From contig OY970296.1 in assembly GCA_963716175.1 (NCBI GenBank), positions 4,416,001 to 4,480,000 of the forward strand: a stretch of 64,000 nucleotides of DNA, read 5' to 3'. Positions 22,126 through 30,497 of the stretch are shown here, one piece after another. Below the pieces are notes generated by a model. It had not been told where the DNA came from and ran no database searches. It saw only the letters and a program-made list of their open reading frames with translations. Within the stretch, counting starts at the first letter, position 1; the number at the start of each line of letters is the position of its first letter. This DNA is from an uncultured Armatimonadetes bacterium (GTDB lineage: Bacteria; Armatimonadota; Hebobacteria; Hebobacterales; Hebobacteraceae). Both the position numbers and the translations under genes were made by a program.

Positions 22126-22542
22126 CGCCGCGGCACTCCGGCCCGCAGGCCTTGATCTGCGCCAGCAAGCGGCTGGCGTCCTCCTTGATGCACGCGCTCG
22201 ATGCGGTCATGTGGTAGCGGGTGATGCGGATCAGGTAGCCGCGCACGGGCACCTTGTCAGAAGCAGGCATGGGGACTCCCTTCCGTCCGATGCGCCATTC
22301 ACCGCCTCGCCACAGATACCAGCAGTCGGCACCCGGCTCGCGGTGTCCCCAAAGACTTCCATTCCCCGGACAGGTTCCCTCTTGTCGCGGGGCTGCCAGC
22401 GGCAGGCAGCAGGGCTCCGGCTGAAGCCAGCGAATCACCAATATAGCTTCGGATGCTGCTGTGGCAGGAGCTTTCGGTCCTGCCCGACGCGGCCGCGCTG
22501 GAGTCCGGCGGCGCTGGCGTGGCGGCAGGTGCGGGTGAGCGG

Positions 22543-25500
22543 ATGCTTCGACTGGCGGTTACTGCAGTGCTCCTGATGATCGTCGCGCCCGGCGCATTGG
22601 CCGCTCCCGGTTGGCCCCATCCCCTCTACCTCGCCAATGGCGGCTACTGGAGCAAGCGCGTGCGAGTAGACGTGCATAGCGCCACGGCCGCCGATGTCGC
22701 GGGGGCGCCGGTGGCAGTGAAAGTGGGCAAGGGGCCGGGCCAGGCCGACCTCGTGGGCGCAGCGGCCCAAGCGGTGCGCGTGGTGGATACGAACGGGGTC
22801 GAGGTGCTCTTCGCCATCCGCACCCCGGCCGGCGAGCTGCTCGCCAAGGGGCCGATTCCCGAGCAAAGCGACCTTGTCATCCCGGCCGTCTGCTCGGCTG
22901 GCAAAGACGCGGCCTGCTACATCTACTTCGCCAACGCCGCGGCGTGGCCGGTTCCTGATTTCCTGGAAACGTCGTTGGCCATCCGCAACGGCGGGATGGA
23001 AGAGGGCTCCGGCGCTTCCCCGGCCGGCTGGCAGCACGACGAGGGTGACGCGGAACACCGGGCCTCGTGGGGCACAGAATGCGCTCACACCGGCACGCAC
23101 AGCCTCAAGCTGGCCGTGTCTCCTGGTGCGCAGCCGGCCTGGATATCCACGCGCCAGGCCGATATCTACATCCAGCCGGGAGCGCACTACCTCCTGCGCG
23201 GCTGGGTGAAGGCGGAGAATGTCAGCTCCGACGGCTGGGCTGGTTGGTACATCCACGTCGGCAACGCCTCGGACCCAATGCTGTTGAACGCGGACGCAAG
23301 CGGCGGCAGCGGCAGCTACGACTGGAAGCAGGTCAGCGCCGAGTTCACCGCGCCGCCGGGCGTAGACCGCGCCGATATCGGCACCGTGCTGTGGGGCGCC
23401 GGTGCGGCCTGGTTTGACGATGTCACGCTCGCATGCTCGTCGCCGCCCGCGCTGACGGCGACTGCAGGCCCGCCGGAGACACGCGTGCTGACAGAACTCG
23501 GCGCGACCTCGGACTGGTATGACGGCGAAGCCGACAGCGATGCCCATTGGGAGTGGCGCTTTCCGGTAAGAGTGATGAACCTCTCCGGGGCGACGCTGAC
23601 TGGACTCGCGCAGGTGGACATCAGCCCCGCGTGGGAGCGGTTCAGCCCGAGTATCAACGAGAACAGCATTCGCGTCACCCGCGGCTCGACCCTCATCCCC
23701 TGCTACCGCATCGGCAGCAACGTCTTGTTCGAAGCGCGCACGGAGCCGGACACCGCCCAGACCTACTACCTCTACCTGTCGAGGGATGGGCGTATCCCGG
23801 CCGGCCCTGGCTCCGACTACGCCGCGCTCATAGGCACCAGCAGCAACCTGGTCAAGAACCCCAGCTTCGAGCTGGGCCAGCCGCTGCCGGAGCACTGGTC
23901 CTCACAGGCCGCCCCTGGCGTTGTGCTCAGCCTGGATACGCCCGGCCTCTTCGGCGGCCGCGCCGCCAGGATAGATGTGCCGCCGACTGCTCGGGCCAAC
24001 TGGTCGGGCTGGCAACAAGACGTCCCCGTGCAGCCTGGCAAGACCTACCTCTACTCCGCCTGGGTGAAGTGCCAGGAGGTAAGCGGCGACGCGGTTGCGA
24101 TCTACGCTCACTACCTCAACCCCGCCGGCGAGCTGTGCCGGACGAGCCAGTACGCGGATGCCGGCCAGCCCATCAGCGGGACCCATGATTGGGCGCTGAT
24201 GTCCGGCGTGTTCCCGATGCCACCGGACTGCATCACCTTCCAGCTTCACCTCACGACACCCGCGCGCGGCACCGTGTGGCATGACGGCGTGGTGCTGACC
24301 GAGATTGTGCCTGCCACCTTGGGCCAGCTCGAGACACGTTCGGCCCGGCCCTCCGGGCTGAACGTCTGGTCGGTCAACCCGATTGTCAAAGTGTTCCAGG
24401 ACGACTCGCCTCCGACGCAGCCTCCGCGGGCCCGCATCTCTGCCGCCCGCAATGAGAAAGAGCCTCTGCAGCTTGCTGTCCGCAGCTCCGAACCCCTGAA
24501 TGGTGTCACGGTCGAGGTTGAACCTCCCACCAACGCCGCTGGTGCACGGCTTACGGATATCACCGTCAACATCGTCGGGTACGTCCCAGTTGACCATCCC
24601 AGCGGCTACTATCGGACCGCGGTTCCCTCTTGGCAGCGCAAGTATCCCATCGAAGCAGGCCAGTCCGACGGCTGGCCTGGGTGGTGGCCCGATCCGCTGC
24701 TGCCGGGAAACAGGTTCGACCTCGCGGCCAACACGACGCAGCCGGTGTGGATCACGATTGGCATTCCGAGGAAGGCGGCGGCGGGAGACTACGCTGGCAA
24801 GGTGAGGGTCGCGGCGGGAACGTCACTCCTCCGGGAGGTCCCGTTCACCGTACACGTGTGGGACTTCGCGCTCCCCGATGAGCGTCACCTGCCCGCGATC
24901 TACGACATCAGGTTGAACGACCTCTGGCAGACCGCGGGCAAAACGATGGATCAGGTGCGAAGCGACCTGGAGGCCGCGATGTCCGACCATCGCCTCTGCC
25001 CCGACGCCGTCTACCCCGATCCCGTCATCAGCTACAAGAACGGCGTCGTCTCCGCTGACTTCACCGCCTACGACCAGGCGGCCGAGCGCTACTTCGGCGA
25101 CCTCAAGCTGCCCCACACCTATGCCCCGTCGCGCTTCTACGGCTTCACCTGGGGCAATCCGCCCGGCGAGTTCAACGGGGAGAAGCCCTATCCGGGCGAC
25201 TACCCCTACACGTCGGCCGACCCGGGCCGGCTGCGGCCCGAGTACAAGGCCGCCTATCAGGCCTGCCTCCGCGCCTACTGGGATCACATGAAGGCGAGAG
25301 GCTGGGACAAGCAGGTAGTGCTCTACCTCGCGGACGAGCCCTTCGACTCAGACCCGCGGATCATCGCCCAGCTCAAGGCCCTGGCCGACATGGTGCATGA
25401 GGTGGACCCGGCGATCCCGACCTATGTCAGCACCTGGCGCTACATCCCGGCCTGGGACGGCTGCATAGACATCTGGGGGATCGGTCACTATGGAACGGTG

Positions 25501-26079
25501 CTGCCGGAGGAGATGGCGCAGATGAGGGCCAAGGGCGCGCGCCTGCGCTTCACCACCGATGGGCAGATGTGCATTGACACACCCTACCTCGCGGTCGAGC
25601 GGCTGCTGCCTCATTACTGCTTCAAGTACGGGGTCGAGGGCTACGAGTTCTGGGGCATCTCCTGGCTAGTCACCTACAATCCCTACCAGTTCGGCTGGTT
25701 CCCCTATATCCATCAGAGCGACCAGCCTGGAGTTTCCTACTACGTCCGCTATCCCAATGGCGATGGCTTCCTCGCCTACCCCGGCGGCCTCATCGGCTGC
25801 GGCCAACCCGTCAGCTCCATCCGACTCGAGCAAGCGCGAGAGGGAGCGGAAGACTACGAGTACCTGTACCTCCTGAGGGACCTTGTGGCCGAGGCCAAAG
25901 CCGCGGGCGTGAGCACAGGGGCAGTGGAAGCAGCGCTGCGAGCCGCAGACGAGCTGGTCGCAATCCCCAACGCGGGCGGGAAGTACTCTACGAAAATCCT
26001 CCCCGACCCCAGCGCCATCTTAGCGGTGAGAGAGAAGGCGGCCGCGGCGATTGAGGGCCTTTCAGCCCCCGCGAAGTAG
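22543..26079 (+). CDS. Secreted multidomain glycoside hydrolase: two CBM4/9-like modules plus a GH123-like (DUF6067/DUF4091) catalytic region
   Basis: Signal peptide from ATG 22543. CBM repeats 'NGGME' and 'NPSFE'. Also 'AARNEKEPLQLAV', 'YLADEP', 'NGDGFLAYPG' and 'SSIRLEQAREGAEDYEY'. Confidence 0.8.
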   Translation: MLRLAVTAVLLMIVAPGALAAPGWPHPLYLANGGYWSKRVRVDVHSATAADVAGAPVAVKVGKGPGQADLVGAAAQAVRVVDTNGVEVLFAIRTPAGELLAKGPIPEQSDLVIPAVCSAGKDAACYIYFANAAAWPVPDFLETSLAIRNGGMEEGSGASPAGWQHDEGDAEHRASWGTECAHTGTHSLKLAVSPGAQPAWISTRQADIYIQPGAHYLLRGWVKAENVSSDGWAGWYIHVGNASDPMLLNADASGGSGSYDWKQVSAEFTAPPGVDRADIGTVLWGAGAAWFDDVTLACSSPPALTATAGPPETRVLTELGATSDWYDGEADSDAHWEWRFPVRVMNLSGATLTGLAQVDISPAWERFSPSINENSIRVTRGSTLIPCYRIGSNVLFEARTEPDTAQTYYLYLSRDGRIPAGPGSDYAALIGTSSNLVKNPSFELGQPLPEHWSSQAAPGVVLSLDTPGLFGGRAARIDVPPTARANWSGWQQDVPVQPGKTYLYSAWVKCQEVSGDAVAIYAHYLNPAGELCRTSQYADAGQPISGTHDWALMSGVFPMPPDCITFQLHLTTPARGTVWHDGVVLTEIVPATLGQLETRSARPSGLNVWSVNPIVKVFQDDSPPTQPPRARISAARNEKEPLQLAVRSSEPLNGVTVEVEPPTNAAGARLTDITVNIVGYVPVDHPSGYYRTAVPSWQRKYPIEAGQSDGWPGWWPDPLLPGNRFDLAANTTQPVWITIGIPRKAAAGDYAGKVRVAAGTSLLREVPFTVHVWDFALPDERHLPAIYDIRLNDLWQTAGKTMDQVRSDLEAAMSDHRLCPDAVYPDPVISYKNGVVSADFTAYDQAAERYFGDLKLPHTYAPSRFYGFTWGNPPGEFNGEKPYPGDYPYTSADPGRLRPEYKAAYQACLRAYWDHMKARGWDKQVVLYLADEPFDSDPRIIAQLKALADMVHEVDPAIPTYVSTWRYIPAWDGCIDIWGIGHYGTVLPEEMAQMRAKGARLRFTTDGQMCIDTPYLAVERLLPHYCFKYGVEGYEFWGISWLVTYNPYQFGWFPYIHQSDQPGVSYYVRYPNGDGFLAYPGGLIGCGQPVSSIRLEQAREGAEDYEYLYLLRDLVAEAKAAGVSTGAVEAALRAADELVAIPNAGGKYSTKILPDPSAILAVREKAAAAIEGLSAPAK

Positions 26080-26171
26080 CGGCGCCGAACTGGACCGGGA
26101 AGGGCGCCCATGTCGCCGTTGGCGTTCTGTGGTTAGCCACGGGCCAAAGGGTGCACCGGACGCGGCTGGGC

Positions 26172-26280
26172 AAAAAAGCGACGCCCCCGCGTAGGAGGGC
26201 GTCTGGGCGCTCCGTAGAGCGGAGCCTGCGGACGAAAGTCCTTGCTGCAATTAGCCGGACAATCGCCGCTCTGGTACAAT
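26172..26280 (-). ncRNA. tracrRNA (~109 nt)
   Basis: Minus strand starts ATTGTACCAGAGCGGCGATTGTCCGGCTAATTGCAGC. The first 20 nt are a perfect anti-repeat and the rest pairs the repeat with five G:U wobbles and one bulge. Then a nexus hairpin GGAC-TTTC-GTCC (26230-26241), hairpin GCTCCG/CGGAGC (26209-26225), and a terminator hairpin (26180-26203) with U6. Confidence 0.9.
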
Positions 26281-26287
26281 GTGCTTC

Positions 26288-26316
26288 AGGATAGCACATA
26301 GCACTGGCTCGGTCAA
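26288..26316 (-). promoter_or_regulatory. tracrRNA promoter
   Basis: Minus strand TTGACC-N17-TATCCT with extended -10 TG. Predicted start falls at the first anti-repeat base (~26280). Confidence 0.75.
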
Positions 26317-26326
26317 GGGGGAAGCG

Positions 26327-29300
26327 ATGGAAATCGTCGCTGACGGAGGGCAGGACCAGAGCGGATTCATACTCGGGCTCGATATCGGTGCAGCTTCGAT
26401 TGGCTGGGCGCTCGCGGGATTGCGCGATGGTCGGCCGCAAGGGTTGAGGGCCGCAGGCGTGCGCGCCTTTGCAGCCGGCGTCGAAGGTGACATCGAGCGC
26501 GGGTCGCGACCAATCACGCGCCGCCAAACGCCGAGAGGCGCGCCTCCGCCGCCGAATGCTGGCCCGCCGCCGTCATCGCTTGACGAAGCTCGCCGGGGTG
26601 CTCCAGCGCGGCGGGCTGCTCCCGCCCGGCGCGCTCGACACTCCCGAGGCCATAGATGCCTTCTTTGCCACCCTTGACCGCGACCTGTTCCCGCAGGACC
26701 TGCGAGCTCGCGACCCCCACGTCATGCACTACCGCCTGCGCGCTCGCGCGCTCGATGAGAAGCTCGCACCCTACCAGGTAGGCCGCGCTATCTATCATCT
26801 TGCGTAGCGCCGAGGCTTCCTCTCGAATCGCAGAGAGACAACGCGGCCCCGACGAGACGATGACGAGGGCGTGGTGAAGAGGGCCATCGGCGAACTCGAA
26901 CAGGAGATGCAGGAGGCCGATGCGCGCACACTCGGTGAACACCTTTCCCGGACCATCCCCGAGCAGAAGCGCCTGCGCAACCGTTACATCTCACGCGGCA
27001 TGATCGAACATGAGTTCACCGCCATCTGGCAGGCGCAGGCCCAGCATCACGCCGACCTGATGCGGGAGGACCTGCGCAAGCAGCTTCACTATGCCATCTT
27101 CCATCAGCGCCCCCTCAAGTCCCCGAAGCGCTTCATCGGCTTCTGCGACCTGGAGCGGGACCGCCGCCGCGCCCCACTCGCGGTGCTCGCCGCCCAGCGT
27201 CACCGCCTCCTCCAGAAGGTCAACGACCTCAGGTTCATCTCGAATCGCGGCGAGGTGCGCGACCTCAGCCGCGAGGAGCGGGCGAAGCTCGCCCTGGCCC
27301 TGGAAACCAAGGGCGAGATGACCTTCGCCGCGATTCGCAGGCTGTTGTCACTGAAGGACGGCCGCCTGAACTTCGAGACCGAAGGGGAGAAAACCCTCGT
27401 CGGCAATCGAACCGCCGCGAAGCTGGTGACCGTGTTCGGGGAGGCGCGCTGGGCCGAGCTCACGCCGGCGCAGCGCGACCAGGTCGTCGAGGACCTGCGC
27501 ACCATTCACAACCCCGACGCGCGCAGACGCCGAGCCGCCAATGCATGGGGACTTGATGAAGGTGCCGCTGCCCGCTTCGCCGACATCGTCCTGGAGGACG
27601 GCCATCACAGCCTATCGCGCCAGGCCCTCGCCCGAGTCCTGCCGCTCATGGAGCAGGGCGAGCCCTACGCCACCGCCCGCAAGGCCTGCTACCCCGACCG
27701 GGCGGAAGGGAACCCGCGCGATCTCCTGCCTCCGCTGGACGATGTCATGGAGGTCCGCAACCCCACCGTCCAGCGGGCGCTCACTGAGTTGCGCAAACTG
27801 GTGAACGCGGTCGTGCGTCAGTACGGCAAGCCATCCTACATCCGCATCGAGCTCGCCCGCGACCTCAAACGTAACCGCAAGCAGCGCCAGGACATTCACT
27901 TTCGGAACATCGCCAATCGCAAAGACCGCGAGACAGCCGCGGCGGCATTGCTGAAAGAGCGCGGGATCACCAGTCCCCGCCGTTCCGATGTAGAGAAGTG
28001 GCTGCTCGCGGAGGAGTGTCGCTGGATCTGCCCCTACAGCAGCCCCGAGCGCCACATCAGCGTGGAGGCGCTCTTCGGGGACGCGCCTCAGTTCCAGGTC
28101 GAGCACATCATCCCGTTCCCGCGGTGCCTCGATGACTCGTTCCTGAACAAGACCCTCTGCCATGTAGACGAGAACCGCCGCAAGGGCAACCGCACCCCCT
28201 GGGAGGCCTATCACGGCACCCCTCAGTGGGACGATATCATCGGCCGCGTCAAGGGCTTCTCCGGCGGCGGCCGCGGCAGAGCCGCCCGAAACCCCAAGCT
28301 GCGGCGTTTCCAGATGGAGGAGATAGACAGCCTCGACGACTTTGTCAGCCAGCAGCTCAACGACACCCGCTACGCCTCCCGCCTCGCCGTCACGTTCGTG
28401 GCCCAGCTCTACGGCGCGGGCGCCGACGGGGTTGATCCCCACGGCCGCCGCTGCGTCCAGGCCAGCCGTGGCCAGGTGACCGCACACTTGCGCGACCAAT
28501 GGCTTCTGAACTCCATCCTGGGCGGGGGTGAGAAGACGCGTGAGGATCACCGCCACCACGCCATTGATGCCGTGGTCGTCGCCCTTACCGATCCGGGGGC
28601 TATCAAGCACCTCAGCGACGCCGCGGCGCAGGCCGAATCCGCCCGCCGCCGGCGCTTCGCCCCCCTGTCCCCTCCGTGGCCCGCGTTCCTCGATGACGTG
28701 CGATCCGCCGTGGACACGATGGTGGTCTCCCACCGCGTCTCGCGCAAGGTGGCAGGGCCGATGCATGAAGAGACCATCTACGGTCGGCCGCGTCCTGACG
28801 ACGACGGCCGTCCCCAGGTGCATATCCGCAAACCCATCGAGGCCCTTTCGGCGAAGGACGTTTCGACCATCGTGGACCCCGCGGTGCGCCGCTGTGTGGA
28901 GGAGAAGCTGGCCGCGCTCGGTGAGAGCGACCCTGCCAAGGCCTTCAAGACTCCCGACACCCACCCGACCCTGCGTGCCCGAGATGGCCGCGACGTTCCT
29001 ATCCACAAAGTGCGCATCCGCAGGAGCGATGCGACGCAGCAGATTGGCCTCGACGCGCACCCTCGCCAGGTCAAGCTCGCCAACAACCACCACGTCGAGA
29101 TCATCGAGCCCACTGACGCCAGGGGCCGCGTCAAGTGGGAGGGCGTGGTCGTCAGCACCTATGAGGCCATGCAGCGCCTGCGCAACGGAGCCCCCGTCAT
29201 ACAGCGAGATCACGGCCCGGGCAAACGCTTCCTCTTCTCCCTGGCCCCCGGCGAAGTGGTGGAACTCGATGACGGGACGGAAGGCGACAGGCGCTTCTAC

Positions 29301-29510
29301 GTGGTCAGGAAAGTTACACGGCGAGGAGAGGGCAACCGGCAGCGTGTCACCATCGGGATTGTCGGGGTGAATGATGCTCGCATGAGCACCGCCCGTGGGG
29401 AACAAGAGGCGAGAGAGCTGAAGGAACCTTCAGCGGAAGTGCTTCACACGCTGCACTGCCGCAAGGTCCTCGTCACTCCGCTCGGGGAGGTGCGCGATGC
29501 CAGGGATTGA
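26327..29510 (+). pseudogene. cas9: Type II-C Cas9 (~1060 aa reconstructed), disrupted by a +1 G at 26501-26503 and an in-frame TAG at 26805-26807
   Basis: RuvC-I 'ILGLDIGAASIGWA', bridge helix 'RREARLRRRMLARRRHR', 'IYHLA*RRGFLSNR', RuvC-II 'IRIELARDL', HNH 'VEHIIPFPRCLDDSFLNKTLCHVDENRRKGNRTP' and RuvC-III 'HRHHAIDAVVVA'. Confidence 0.95.
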
Positions 29511-29869
29511 ATTGTACCAGAGCGGCGGTTCCCGACCAACTACAGTCCCCACGCCACGCAGCTTCTCCTCCCGGTCATTGTACCAGAGCGGCGATTCCCG
29601 ACCAACTACAGTGCCTCGAACCCGCCACACCGGAGTCGGTACATTGTACCAGAGCGGCGATTCCCGACCAACTACAGTTCAGAGCGGGTTGGAGCCCTGC
29701 CGAGAAGGATTGTACCAGAGCGGCGATTCCCGACCAACTACAGTCTGTTGATGGGCTACCCCTTCGTGCCGAAATTGTACCAGAGCGGCGGTTCCCGACC
29801 AACTACAGTCAGCTTCGCCACTGCAGTAATCAGTGCCAATTGTACCAGAGCGGCGGTTCCCGACCAACT
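29511..29869 (-). CRISPR. Type II-C CRISPR array: 5 full 36-bp repeats, a truncated 6th, and 5 spacers (30, 30, 30, 29, 29 bp)
   Basis: Plus-strand repeat ATTGTACCAGAGCGGCGRTTCCCGACCAACTACAGT at 29511, 29577, 29643, 29709, 29774 and 29839 (31 bp). On the minus strand it ends in TGGTACAAT, the II-C repeat-embedded extended -10, and is complementary to the tracrRNA. Confidence 0.97.
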
Positions 29870-30203
29870 GGGCTATCTGGTGCAGAACGGCAAGCCTGGT
29901 GCATTCGAGGGGGGAGGGAGACCACTCCCCCCTCGATTCTCCCCCCACCTGGAATCGTGCCAGAGCGGCGGTTCCCGACCAACTGGGCTATCTGGTGCAG
30001 AACGGCAAGCCTGGTGCATTCGAGGGGGGAGGGAGACCACTCCCCCCTCGATTCTCCCCCCACCTGGAATCGTGCCAGAGCGGCGATTCCCAACCAACTG
30101 GGCTATCTGGTGCAGAACGGCAAGCCTGGTGCATTCGAGGGGGGAGGGAGACCACTCCCCCCTCGATTCTCCCCCCACCTGGAATCGTGCCGGAGCGGCG
30201 ATT
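29839..30203. repeat. Three tandem 115-bp units (31-bp degenerate CRISPR repeat plus identical 84-bp segment) and a final 20-bp partial repeat
   Basis: Repeat parts start at 29839, 29954, 30069 and 30184. The 84-bp segments at 29870-29953, 29985-30068 and 30100-30183 are identical and contain a 12-bp stem TCGAGGGGGGAG-N8-CTCCCCCCTCGA. Confidence 0.95.
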
Positions 30204-30223
30204 GCGACCGGTGTGCTGGTCGC

Positions 30224-30252
30224 TTGACAGGCAGCGCGGCGCGGGCTAGGCT
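30224..30252 (+). promoter_or_regulatory. sigma70-type promoter for the GNAT leader
   Basis: TTGACA (30224-30229)-N17-TAGGCT (30247-30252). The -10 lies inside the palindrome GGGCTAG-G-CTAGCCC (30243-30257). Confidence 0.65.
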
Positions 30253-30401
30253 AGCCCAAGTCAAGCGAATGCTCGAAGGAAGGGAGGTGGGCACGATTCC
30301 AGAGATGGCATGCGTGGCGCAGGGGGAAGGTCGTCGCCCACGTCCCAGGCCTTGGGCTGGCTGATCTGCTCGCGGTAGTCGTGAGCGGAGAGTGCAGGTC
30401 G

Positions 30402-30432
30402 CGCCACGGGCCAGGAGGCCCGTGGCGTTTCT
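30402..30432 (+). terminator. Intrinsic terminator/attenuator-like hairpin in the GNAT 5' leader
   Basis: CGCCACGGGCC-AGGA-GGCCCGTGGCG followed by TTTCT; the U-tract is short. Confidence 0.5.
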
Positions 30433-30497
30433 GCGGCCCATCCCCCAGCCCCGCGGCTATGAACGGAAAGCCGCACCAATCACGGAGGATGAGCGCA

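Noticed and set aside
26805-26807. TAG in cas9 as evidence of stop-codon recoding
   Set aside because: TAG ends many genes normally in this window (1382, 11430, 12782, 47759), and there is no pyrrolysine machinery or suppressor tRNA here.
28898-28910. 13-nt match (GGAGGAGAAGCTG) between spacer 1 and cas9
   Set aside because: Short, common codon run (EEKL) that does not cover the crRNA 3' seed. It is compatible with chance.
27612-29405. Long antisense ORFs (597 aa opposite cas9, 605 aa opposite the GH5, 544 aa opposite kdpB)
   Set aside because: Shadow ORFs expected from high third-position GC. The opposite strand carries the recognisable family motifs.
29507-30364. 285-aa ORF and other ORFs running through the array and tandem units
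   Set aside because: These are by-products of GC-rich repeats with few stop codons. The product is repetitive and has no protein-like features.
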